64,000 nucleotides of DNA from Octopus vulgaris. Taxonomy: Eukaryota. The notes under the pieces are model-generated. The model was not told the DNA's origin. It was given only the letters and a program-made list of their open reading frames with translations, and did no database searches. The stretch covers positions 58,280,001 to 58,344,000 of the forward strand of contig OX597815.1 in the NCBI GenBank assembly GCA_951406725.2, written 5' to 3'. The position numbers and the translations under genes were made by a program. Of the stretch, positions 27,517-39,779 are shown one piece after another (the first letter of the stretch is position 1; each line of letters starts with the position of its first letter).

Positions 27517-29095
27517 CTGAAAAATAAGATAAAAATTTGTGCTATATTAATTACTTCAGCAACAACAGGAGTTGCTTAATTTTGTTTCAAACTTGATATA
27601 ATTTATGTCTTACACTAGAATTTTATTTTATCATTTCTCCCATCAAGTTCTTATTGTAATTAGATAACAACAGAATATTGGCTGTGACTAAATAATTAAT
27701 AAATGTACAGATGAGGAAAATAATAAATGTAGCTAAATTAAGTGGCACTGATATTTAGAAGAACTCACAGAAATATAAAATTAACATTCATGAACTTGAA
27801 CATGGTATATAATTAACGAGTTTAGTTTAATGAAATAAAGGGACCACATAGAAAAGGAATAAGTTTAGGTTAACTATTTTTAACTAATGACAAGTAAATA
27901 TGTGTATATACAAGAAACCTGAGCTCATTTTATTTAAATTTTCAATTAACTGTAAGAAATACGAATACTTTCATGATAAACAAAAGTTTAGACAAACAAT
28001 TTTAACTTTGATAAACATTACATCATTTAGCTGAATAGTGTCAAATAATTTGGCCTATGACACTGATTGTCCCAAAACAACAAAAACAAAAATAAAAAGT
28101 ATTGCATTTTACAGTCTTCTATAGGATGATGCTTTCCTAAAGATATTGAACACTAGACTATTTATCTCAGACTGCTTATAATTAGTACCATTGCCATTAC
28201 TTTAAAACAAAACTAACATCTTACAATTAATTTTACATCTGCTTCATCAATTTTTAATGCTGAAATTCATTATAAATAAAAGTCTGCCTCCATAGCATCA
28301 TCAGCCTTACCTATCAGTGTACACTGTAGCTAAACATTGCATAATATTCCCTGATGAAATGTGACTCACTTGTTGGCTGGTCTTACCTATCAGTCACACA
28401 TACTATCAGTAGTCATAACTTAATTTATCTGAGCTGAGTTTTAGATTTTGTTTTAGTATGCAACACTAAATTTGTTAGCCTAGGTGTTTCATGTACTATT
28501 AATGCTAGCCTTTTCTAAATTAGGATTTCTACAATATTTCCCTATCCTACATTTCTTATTGTCATCAAGTTTAATCAAAATTTTCTTTATACTATATTTT
28601 AATGTGTTATGAAAACAACTCTCTACAGAAGAAGTTAATTTGAACCATATAAAACAAATGATTAAGATGAAACATAATGTAATGATCAACTGTTACTGAG
28701 CCAACCATTTTTGATAGAGTGAGGAAGAATGATACCTTAGTACATATTAAAGCTGATATGCACAATATATTAAAAAAAAAAAAGACCATTTATGGCATTT
28801 CTGATATACTGTTATTTCAATGAAACAAAAAATTCATGCAAAACCCAAAATTTAAAACAAAGTGGCATCTCAAATAATAAAAATCAAAAATACATGTCAT
28901 AAATATCTACTGCTGTCTCCTCTCTTCCACAACTACAGAAGTAGCAATACAGTGTTAAACTAAACATAATTTAAAGGGTAGTAATTAGAAGAGCAAAATA
29001 CACTAAAACACAACACAACACTAGGTACAAAGCAAGTTCAAGCATATAGGACTAAAGTTAAGCAAAAATACACAGTTGATTAGCCATTCACTTAC

Positions 29096-29128
29096 AGCCA
29101 AGTAAAAGTGCAACACTTAGATAAGAAA
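29096..29128 (-). CDS. candidate 33-nt symmetric phase-2 microexon encoding FLSKCCTFTW
   Basis: ctctctctcttctgttttgtttctaataag|T TTC TTA TCT AAG TGT TGC ACT TTT ACT TGG CT|gtaagt. Consensus donor, long pyrimidine tract, frame-preserving, but a weaker AAG acceptor. Confidence 0.45.
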
Positions 29129-31199
29129 CTTATTAGAAACAAAACAGAAGAGAGAGAGGGGAGAAATTATGACAAATAAGAGATACCAGAGTTTAATAAG
29201 AAACACACACATAAAAAAACCCAAACTTGTATGTAATTTGTGAATCAGTAATTAAATGCACATATTATTCTAGTTGCACATGAAGAAAACCATTTTTATC
29301 ATAAGAATCCATTAAAACGATTTCTAGCTTAAGCATGCATGGTGGGGTTACATACATTTGGGGAGAAGGGGATGGATATGAATCCCTTGTATTTGGCTAG
29401 CAGTTCATTTTAGAAGGATAAAAGGAAAAGTGGATCCTGGGATTTGAACTCAGAAATTAAGAGATATATAACTTTCATTTGAAAGTCTACCAATTCTACC
29501 ATCAATAATAGTAATTTTGTATTTTGGCACAGGAGCATTGAAAGGCAAGACTGACTGTGGCAAGATTTGAACTTATAGTACATTATCTGTTACTTCACTA
29601 TAATAATAAGCAGGAAAAACAAGAAGTCATATAAATGTTAGCAATTTTCGTTTGTAAGAGATACCACTACATTTCTTTTTCACACATAACTACACTTCAA
29701 ATATTGTTTTTGGAACTGAAAAACAGGAGCAAAATTTAGCTTCATTTTGAAAAGAACTTCCTATTTACAGCATGAGTTGTTTTTTTTGTGTGTGTATGGT
29801 TTATTTCTTCCTTTGATTTTTGAGCATCATGGCAGTGGTAAGAAACTCTCAGGAGAGTTGAACAGCAGATCTTCAGAGAAGAAACTCTTATCAGTAAGTG
29901 TTTTGGCCCTTCTTACACTCTAAGGGAGTCAGGCTGCATCCAGGTCATGACTTCTGCTGACACTTTTTTTAGTCACTTGGATATTGAAGACATGTTGTGC
30001 ATTCAAACCATACACAGAATATGTTGACAAGATCTAACTGGAAATCCTCTTCATTGTCTCTACTTCCTTAAGTTTAGAAATACCACCGATAGTCATGGTA
30101 GTGGTGAAATGTCAACAATATCAATGCTGCCACCAACACTACCACTATAGCTCACTCAGAGTTACTTCCTTTAGCCTGTTAAAATGCACACATATTACCC
30201 TCAAACAATATGGAGGTTGTTTTTATTCCTCCTTGATCAGAACCAGTGGGAAAACCTTTCCACTGCTTCTGATATTGTCTTTGGTCCTTTTCCTTCCAGA
30301 GATTGAGAATTATTTCATGAGACTGTAAGTAGATTTGACCACAAAGCATCTGGCTCCAACCTTGACCCAGAAGTTGGCTCCCCTCAGATGGCATGGTGAG
30401 TTGAAGTAAAACAGCTATTTTGATGAAATGGAAAGGAGTATGATATCTGGCCTCAATTCATTTCTTCCTGATGATTTATGGTTGTTTTGATGACTCCGGG
30501 AGGTCTGCTGTGTACTTTCAGTCATCAGCACCACCCATTAGAAAATGGTAAAGGTTAAAAGAAAATTTACTTATTGACCTGATCTAAATGTAAGGTCTTT
30601 GTATACTGGTGGGTTTGTAAGATGAGCATAATTATAGTAATAAGAGTAAATAACACTAATTTGTTAATGATGTGGCCCTCACAAAACCCTTTGAATGGAG
30701 ATAGTGAAGGCATAATTGGAGTTGTGCAGCTTTCAAGTTAGAGACCAACTGGAGCACAAATCCAGCTGAGACAAAACAAAAACTGATGCTCAGGAATTGA
30801 TGTCTTGTAAATGTGAAAACATCTATGTGTAATCAACTTACTTGTATTCAACCTATTTGGGCAGGTGAAAATGACATAACTGAACAAGAACAAGTAAAAG
30901 CACCTAATTTACACCAACAATCATTATGTTGTATCACCAAGTTTTACCTCTATTCATGCAATAGTTACATTTTTATGACTTTTTTTTACACTAGACAAAC
31001 TACATTTCATCAAAATTTTTAGTTTCTAACAGGACTAGGAGATTTATATTGAGAAAGTACTAAGTGTTAAAGATTCATAAGTGATATTAAATATAATCCT
31101 AACAGTGTGCAGCTATTTCTTCATACTTATGATAAACTAATTTTTTTCTGGTTGGCCAGGAGGAAGGAACTGTGGCCATGATACTCATAAACTCAATGA

Positions 31200-31740
31200 A
31201 ATTTTTGAGATTGATAGAGTTAATTTTAAGTTTAAACATCTGCAGGAAAAATGTGAGTGGGAAAGAAGTTCCAGAGGCTTGAGGTTCTGTGAAAGAAGAA
31301 TAGGCATACTAGTTAATGTGATGAGAGCTGCTGGATGGAGTTAGGTAGCTGTTGTAGTAGCGATAAAAGAAAGAAAAGAGATAATGCAGCTGTCAAATAG
31401 AAGTTTTTGTGAATCACTCAAGGGGCATTGTAAGGGTTAGTACTGAAGGAGTTAGTGTATGTATACATGGTGACAAGACTTGTGGAGTAGAGATGGAAAG
31501 TTTTGGAGGTGTCTTATCAAGTGAATGTATTGTGGACTTGGAAGTAAATGTGATAGTTTTCTCTAAAGGAGAGTAACTGACAGAATCATGTTGATTGGAG
31601 TGGTGGGAAGGAGGATTCCATAAAGTAGGTAAATACCCTTTTGGAATGATTAGCTGGTATTTGTGAAGTAAATGAGATTGTAGGCTGTAAGCTAAACTAA
31701 TGAAGTAAACAATATAACTAGAGAGCATACTGATACCATA
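31200..31740 (-). mobile_element. old CR1/Jockey-group LINE 3' fragment
   Basis: Minus-strand relic of the SFFPRTxxLWNxLP C-terminal motif near 31260-31305; heavily decayed. Confidence 0.5.
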
Positions 31741-33315
31741 TACTTAATCAAGAAAATAATCTAGTCACAGTAAAATTTTAACTTTTTCCACAAGAACCCT
31801 TCAAATCTCAGTCAGAACATTAAATTGTGTTTCCCCTATAGTTATATTATTTAATGAGGAGAATCCTATCCCAGAACATTTCAGGATTTCCAGGACAAGA
31901 TGAGCATTGGGGCAATCAGGAATGATTAGTACAGTTAGTGTTGTATAGTTAGAACTTTCAAACGTTGGTTAAAAGAAATGTCCAGATTTTTCCTGTTTTA
32001 GCATAAAATGGAATAAAGAGAGGGAAGGAAACCACAAATATAAAATATACAGTCATATAGTTTTATGCAAATATATATACTTATACTCATATAAAAATAA
32101 GTAGCTGTGGCAACAGAAATATCAACGATAGTTTTTATAGATGTTATGCCAAGTAGCTACTAAAATCAGACATGATACATGCAAGCATTAGGAAGAATGA
32201 TGAATGAAGAGAAATAATTCCATGATGAAAAATAATTGTAAGATAAAAACCACAACATGCACTTGAAAATATGTGAACTAGAGATGAAATATAATCAAAA
32301 TCGTTTCTAATTATGAAAACACAAAACATAGAAACAATGTAGTTTTAAGCAAAGTACTGGATGACTGTCCAGTATCATCAAGAATATGCATTAGGCAGAA
32401 TGTAACCACAGCACACATAATTTTTATATGGAAATATAAATATGTATAAGCAAACATGCATATATATCTGTAGGCGTGATATACATATACACAATCATAC
32501 ATGAGTGCATATATAAACATAATTGTTAGGTAAAGAAGTTCACCACACAGCCATGTGGTTTTCTATTCAGTCACATTGAATAGCACCTAATACCACTCAT
32601 CTGGTTACTGTCTTTTACAAGAGATGAGTGGAATGGAAACTGTGCAGAAGCCCAATATGTGTGTGTGTATGTGCGCACATGAATCTGTGTCTGTGCTTCT
32701 ATGCCAGCATATACAGATGTTTCAAGTTACATATTTTTTTATCAAAATGATATCTTAGCCATTCAGCAAATAAGGATTGATAATGTAAGTACCAAACTGA
32801 AATAAGAACTGGAGTTGATCTACTCCATTAAAACTTTTAAAGGCCATGCCCTACCATAGTTATAGCAGAATGACAGATAAGAGTATATAATATAATCTAT
32901 ATATAATGTATACAAATGTGAATTGTCTGTAAGTATGTTTGCCTTGTATTTAATGACTACAAAATTAACATCCATAAATCCATTTATTATTTATTCACCA
33001 TCTTACAGGGAAGTTTGTATAACTTTTATCTTGAAAAATAGCAACTGAATCTCTCAAGAAGAGGATGAAGACAAAAAGTTAAAATACAGTAGTATTAGCA
33101 GAAATGCAAAAAATTGGATAAAAGTCGTAATATCAGAAAAAGATTTGAAAATTTGTTACACAACATAAAAATTTTTTTTTTCTTCTTTCAGTTTGTCACA
33201 ACTCTTTTTTCCTCTTTCTCTTTGTCTTTTTCAAGTGGAACAGAGAGAGGCAGAGAATGTGGGATACACATGAAGAAAGAGGCACATATAGTGAAGAGGT
33301 GATGATATAGGTGAG

Positions 33316-33421
33316 TCATTGACATGAACAGTTCATAGTGAAATTCTTGAGAGACCCTCCCAATGAAACTCTACTATCATGAATAATGTTAAACATATTA
33401 GACACTGCAACATAGTAATCT
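33316..33421 (-). CDS. candidate alternative terminal exon (SH3-less isoform ending in CSCQ)
   Basis: ttttttgtctgatatcag|A GAT TAC...TGT TCA TGT CAA TGA. Phase-2 entry matches upstream exons; 34 open codons DYYVAVSNMFNIIHDSRVSLGGSLKNFTMNCSCQ*. No transcript evidence. Confidence 0.3.
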
Positions 33422-34168
33422 CTGATATCAGACAAAAAAAAAAAGTCATGACTTGAAGATTTTTAACCATAGATTTGCTTTATCAGGACTTAGGTTAAAC
33501 ACAACATCAATACAATAATAAAGCTGTAAAGACTGGTAAAAGGAAAAGAATCTAAATACTCAAGCAACCTAAATCAGAAACTCTACTTCCAAATACAGAA
33601 TCCCTTAAATATGCAAATAGCAACAATGACTGATGTATACATTATTGCCTTATGCATGCATATATTTGTATTAACAAATGTGAAACACATCTATACCTGA
33701 TAAAACAACATGCAATTTGTCCTCAAAACATTATTCGACTATCTTATCTAACAAAGGAGACTTAACACGGTACTGCAAAATATCAGAAACAGTAGCCAGA
33801 ATTTCCCACAAACCACATCATATTGTCTCATATAAGCTTACATACCAGCAAGAAAACCTTAATGCTAGACATATCAGTTACTGCAGTTAATTCTCCCTCC
33901 AATCATATACTTCTGTCCTGTGTTACTTTGAAACAACCCCCAGGAATTACCAAGTACCTTTGATAGTATGTTATACATATTCTTTTACTGGTTTCAGTAA
34001 AAGAAAAGTGATGCCAAGCTAGGGCATCATTTTTAATAGCTAAGTTACTATTTTACATCAGCAAACACCAAGCAGGTTTGGTACACAAAAAACACCAGTT
34101 TTTGTGAACCAAATTTTACTTGTCGAAGAAAACTTCTGTGTTTGTATCAATATACACATTTACCTTAC

Positions 34169-34213
34169 TGTGAGCTCTCAGCTCTAGGAGTCACAGAGGC
34201 ACTGTCATGACAA
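34169..34213 (-). CDS. FNBP1L: FNBP1L-family gene, 45-nt symmetric phase-2 small exon
   Basis: cttcttcctcttctctctctgtatacacacag|T TGT CAT GAC...AGC TCA CA|gtaagg; CHDSASVTPRAESS(Q/H). Confidence 0.68.
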
Positions 34214-35251
34214 CTGTGTGTATACAGAGAGAGAAGAGGAAGAAGTATAAAGTATACATGTAATGTAACTATATGCAAAGCTGAATATAACATGCAGAAG
34301 CGAACTCATATCCTTATTCTGTCAATTTCATGGTAACTGTTTAACTATTATCTTACTTATACACACACACATTGATCCATGTATCTACATGCCACTTGTC
34401 ACTGAGTTATTTCTGTTAGCTCATTTTCATTTTATTTATGTAAATAATCTGGGACATGAATGTGTTGTATTCTCTTTTTGTATTTGTCTAAATATCTTGT
34501 TTGCTGGAGAAAACATAGGACAACTGCTGGGCTTATGACACCAATTGAACACTGAATGAAGTAGAAACACATGTCCACAGCTGTTCTCCTGTCTCATGAC
34601 AACCAAACTGACCTTTTCCTTAATGGCATGTCAAATTTTAAAGAATTCTTGATTTTTCAAATTATCCCTCACCCTTCTCATATCATGGCCCGAATTGCCA
34701 CTAGGGAACTGTTCTCTTTCTTGGGAGCAGAGAAGACATCAATAAATCAAGAATATATTTTGTATGGTGTCTAATATACCCTTATTTGTTTTTACTGTAG
34801 ATACATACATGCACACACACACTACATACCCATACACAAACGCAGTCTGTAACACACAACTTCTTTCACCCATGTAAAAGTAGTCACATGTCATTACAGA
34901 TCATGTCTGCATGTGCACATGTGTGACAAAGCAGTCACTCAACATGCCAGAAATGGCAACCAAATCTCATGAATCATTCCAGTGGTTGAGCATCTAACAT
35001 TGACAAGGCCAAGATCACATTATCTGGTAGTTTTGGCAGTTGTGTGGCAGAGTTATCACCTGCTAGCAATATAAAGAAGAGTGTTTATAAGTACCAAGAG
35101 CCCATATGAGAGGTTCTCACCTAGTAAATATCTCGTATTCTGTGTTCTAACATGATTGCTTACAATATAATGATATACAAAAGGACTGTACAATCACAGC
35201 TGGAACACCTTTTATCATATAGTTCAATGAAAACTAACACAAGGCTTCAGC

Positions 35252-35285
<34 letters not shown>

Positions 35286-36395
35286 CAACCATATCACTAT
35301 CTAATCACACACCTATAGTCCTAAATAAGGAAGGGTACATTTGACTATGAAGTCCTTGATATACCAAAGAAAGATGCAATGATGACAGTTGGAGCACATT
35401 TTGTTACAGGTTTGCTCAATCGGGCCTAATCCGAGTAACCAATGTCAGAGCTTTTTGAGTACTGCAAATCATGTATGCTTGTACCAGTTCTATCACAATG
35501 CTACATCAACACCTAAAGGAATATTTGCATGGTTTATCAACATGCTAAAAATAGCAGTTAAAGCATGGATGGAAGGCTTTTACAGATGGTTTGTTTAAGC
35601 TAGAAATAACCAAATTTTCTCCAAGTTATACATCCAAGTTTCTTGAAAAAAGAAAATCACTATATATGAAAACAATTGTTAGTGTTATCTTTAAAATCAT
35701 GTGTTCACTCTACATACATACAGTTTTTACTCGTTGCAGTCATTGGAATGCAGCCATAGTGGGACATCACCATGATGGGATTAGTCAATGAAATCAACTA
35801 TAGTATTTACTTTTAAGTCTGGTACTACCAGTCTCTTTTTGTCAAACAGCTACATTCCAAGGATGTAAACAAGCCAACATCAATTATCAAACTGTAAAAC
35901 ACAAATACATATATATAAAGATTCACTCACAAGGCAGTGGTCAACCCAGAGCTGTAGTTATGAGGGACTGAACCAGAAACCACATGGTTGTGAAACAAAC
36001 TTCTTAATCACTAAGCCAAGTCTGTGTCAATAACATTACACACATTTAAATGTGGATGTTCAGTTAGAACAAACTATATTGTGGTAGATACCATGAAAGA
36101 AACTCTCATATTGGCTTTTGGTGCAAAATTCACTTGTTTATATCAGTAGTGGGGAAATAAATCCCTTCCATCTCCAGTGCTGAAACAACCAGATCACAGG
36201 ATTTTGATCTTCCTTGATCTTGTCAATGATGGCCACTCAGCTGTTAGAGATAGCAGCAACTCATCTCCCCATAAGCAATATATACAGAAACTGCTAGAAC
36301 AGGTGCTGGTATCGTGATTAGCCAGTGAGCTTGTTAGAAAATATATATTAGTAACAGAGGCAGTATTATTACAGAGAGGTAATATTTATAAGAAC

Positions 36396-36657
36396 AAACT
36401 ATACTGCATGCAGTAGACACCACGAGAGAAACTCTCATACTGGCTTTTGATGCAAAATTGACTCTTGTTTATATTGCTAGTAGGGAGTTAAATCTCCACC
36501 ATCTCCAGTGCCAAGACCACCAAATCAGGTGATCTGGTAGTCTTGGCACTGGAGATGGCAGGTATTTATCTAATTGCTAGCAATATAAACGAGAGTGTAT
36601 TTTGCACCAAAAGCCAACATAAGAGTTTCTCTCATGGTATCTACTGCAGTATAGTTT
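36396..36657. repeat. foldback (MITE-like) inverted repeat with extra partial arm at 36066-36196
   Basis: Two ~128-bp arms with a few-nt loop (ccatctccagtgccaagac / gtcttggcactggagatgg). Confidence 0.85.
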
Positions 36658-38480
36658 ACCAGTACTAGGATCAATTGTTCATTCTCTCTCTGTGTGGAAG
36701 AAAGTAGTTGTATTCAGATCTGGAGATGGGCTTCTACCAAGTTATATTTTCTCTTTTACTTGTTCCAGCCATTAGACTGCTGCCATGCTGGGGCACCACC
36801 TTGAAAGATTTTAGTTAAGACTCCTAGACACTGAACCCGAGATCATGTGACTGGGAAGTGTGAATTTCTTAACGACACAGCTCTGCCTGTATCCATGGTG
36901 GATTTAAGCGCAAATTAAAAAGGAGGATAACTAAATACAACAAAACACATTCAATGCTGTGTGTGTGCAGGCATTTGTGTGTTTAAGGTGTTTACTTTAA
37001 AACTATGTAGTTTCAGATTCAGTCCCACTGCATGGCAGCTTGGCCAAATCTCTAAGCCAGCCAATGCCTTGTGAGTGGAATTGAAAGATGGAAATTGTAT
37101 GGAAGCCTATCATATTACATTGTGTGTGTTTACATTCTGCAACAGTTTCACTTGAAATCACTCAGGTAAAAGCAACTGACATTTGAGAAATTGCTTTACA
37201 CTTCAGCACTTTTTAAGTGAAGTAATACATCCAAGTTTCTTGTAAAAAGAAAATCACCATATATGAACACAATTGTTAATGTTACCTTTAAAATCATGTG
37301 TTCACATCCAACTTTAAATAAATGAATTAATAAGTTTGTTAAATGATAATAAATTATTTTTCTTTATTTCTGTGTTGTTCCGTTCTTGATTAATGTCCAA
37401 AGGTAATACTATTTATACAAGTCCATAAGAATATTACAGCCTTATAAGAAAATGATATATGCTTGAGTAGGTTTGAATAGACATTCTAGGTTGTTCGGGG
37501 AAAAATATAAGTTCAATATTTGTTTTTCTACTGTGACTGAGACCCAAGAATACTAATAATGAACTTGTGAGATTTGGATAAAAATAAAAAAATAAAATAG
37601 GAACTGCATCAAATACTCTTCAACATTTGCAAAGAAAAGCAAATTTATTTGTTCAGTGATTAAATCCTAGGTTTATTCAATTCATTTATACCTATATTAC
37701 TAAATATTAGTATATTCCTGTAAGCTGAAAAATGACAAATTATCTGTTAGTAAGTATTTATACATTTCTCTTGTCAATACAGGTTTTAGAGGAGGAATAT
37801 TTGAAATATAAATATTCCAAGTGATAGAGATTTTTGGAAGTTAGTCAAGAATAACAATAATGGTAGCAAATGTCCAAATAACCCTACAAAAAGAAAAAAA
37901 AAGCACCAGTGAGAAGATTAAATTTCATGCCTTGAGAGAAAAGAAAACCTTTTATATCCTGTCAGATATTAAATTTTCTTTTGTGTTTTAGAAAATGGAA
38001 TCCCCCACCCAATCTTCTCAAGCTAAGTAATATAGAAATGAAGATGTATTAGAGTTAAATAACTAGTTACAACCAAACTGTAAATGAGCAAGGTGTTAAT
38101 ATTCCTAATATAGAGGCTTTAGGAAACAAACAAGAAGTGAATAAGAAAAAAAAAAATACACAGAACCTATTCTATGTATTGTTCTGTTCATGCATCAGAA
38201 GAGAAAAAGTGGAGAGATATCATAGTGTGAAATTCTGGCACAAGTTCCAGCTTTGGGAGGAGACATGGCCAGGTTGGAAATTAATGTGAATGAGCAACAT
38301 CATAGCTAAGGTAGTAAAATTTTCTGGTTAAAATGTTTTTAAAGAAATTAAATTTTTTTTTTAAAGCAAAAAGTATTGAGAGAAATTTGGGTGAAATAGA
38401 CATGATCCTTGCTATGAAGTTATGAAGGTGTTAAGTATGTTTTCATGACTTAGTGCTACTGGCATAAAATCCCTTCATAC

Positions 38481-38513
38481 CCATTTTCACTGTCTTCTCC
38501 GCAAGAACCGTGC
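38481..38513 (-). CDS. FNBP1L: FNBP1L-family gene, 33-nt symmetric phase-2 microexon
   Basis: tttctttctttatttag|G CAC GGT TCT TGC GGA GAA GAC AGT GAA AAT GG|gtatga. Strong pyrimidine tract and a GC-rich island in AT-rich intron; HGSCGEDSEN(G). Confidence 0.75.
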
Positions 38514-38785
38514 CTAAATAAAGAAAGAAAAACATTGTTTTTAAAGACATGTTTATTTATGGTCATGTGTAATCTCTGATGAAGACATTTTCTTCATTAC
38601 AAAAAAAGTGTCTTTTCCTGTCAAATTGAAACAGAGGAACTTGGCAACCATATGTATTCTAGTTCACAATGATTGTTAACTAAATATTTTAAATATAACA
38701 ACTAAATATAACACTAAATGAAGAAAATAGTTAAAAAAAGAAAAAGAGATTAAAAAGAACACAAAAAATGGACTAAGATACATAC

Positions 38786-38866
38786 GGAACTGGTTGTTTT
38801 TGTGCGATGGAGGAGGAAGGATTAACTACAACTAAAATATCCAGTCTAACACTGCTAACCACATCG
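38786..38866 (-). CDS. FNBP1L: FNBP1L-family gene, 81-nt symmetric phase-2 linker exon (candidate cassette)
   Basis: tttcaatttcatag|C GAT GTG...CCA GTT CC|gtatgt, open in the required frame: DVVSSVRLDILVVVNPSSSIAQKQPV(P). Confidence 0.65.
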
Positions 38867-39779
38867 CTATGAAATTGAAATGGCACCTACAACAACAATC
38901 TAGGTATACTGAAATGAGCAGAGTAATCAATATTTTTCATTTATTTTTTAACGAAACACATAAGAATAAATATTAACTCAGAATTTTTATTTTCTATCAC
39001 TGTTTTATACTAATTTTTTCATGTTTAAATATGTGGAGCAGAAATTTCTTATTGTTAGAGGACCTCATCACTACTAAATCCAAAAGTCATAAGCTTTGTT
39101 CATAGAGATGAAATACATACTAAGCTGATAAAAGATAAATGTAAGTAATTTCTAAAGTTCAATGCACAATAGTTTAAAATGATTTTCAGAGATTCATTTA
39201 ATTCAGCACTTTTTCAAATCATTATAGACAATAAAAGTATTAATAAAGTGCTTTTGAACAGAACCATTAATGAAAATCCTCACCTCTTAATGTGACTGAT
39301 TCAAAATATTTTTACTATTTACATCTGACAAAAAAAAAATTGATAAGTCTACCATTAGTGAAATGAGATAGCTTTCTTTTTATGCAAGCCATTGTTAAAT
39401 TATGTCAAATATTTGATATAATTTGATACTATGAAGAATACTTATTCATGAAGAAATATTTTTTGACTAGGTACAAATCTAGCGGGGGGAAAAAAAAGAT
39501 ATTAGCTGGTATTCATTCCTTGAACCATAGAATGAGTGTTCTGCTCATGTAGCAAAATATAACAAATCATATACTAAACAAACTAATAAGATATCAATAA
39601 ATATTAAGGTTTAGCTGTAGTTTGATGAATGTGAAATGCATGTATACGAATGATATAAATGGTGACAAATGTATATATGTGATCGTTTTGCAAATGTGTA
39701 ATAATTGAAAGTGCATGAGGAAAAGTGTAGGCAGGAATTCCATTTGGTGTACGTAGTGTAATCACAGGAAAGTTAACAG

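Noticed and set aside
29820-30530. GC-richer intronic block with weak resemblance to a Tc1/mariner NSPD motif on minus
   Set aside because: Too decayed to assign and no splice-compatible open frame.
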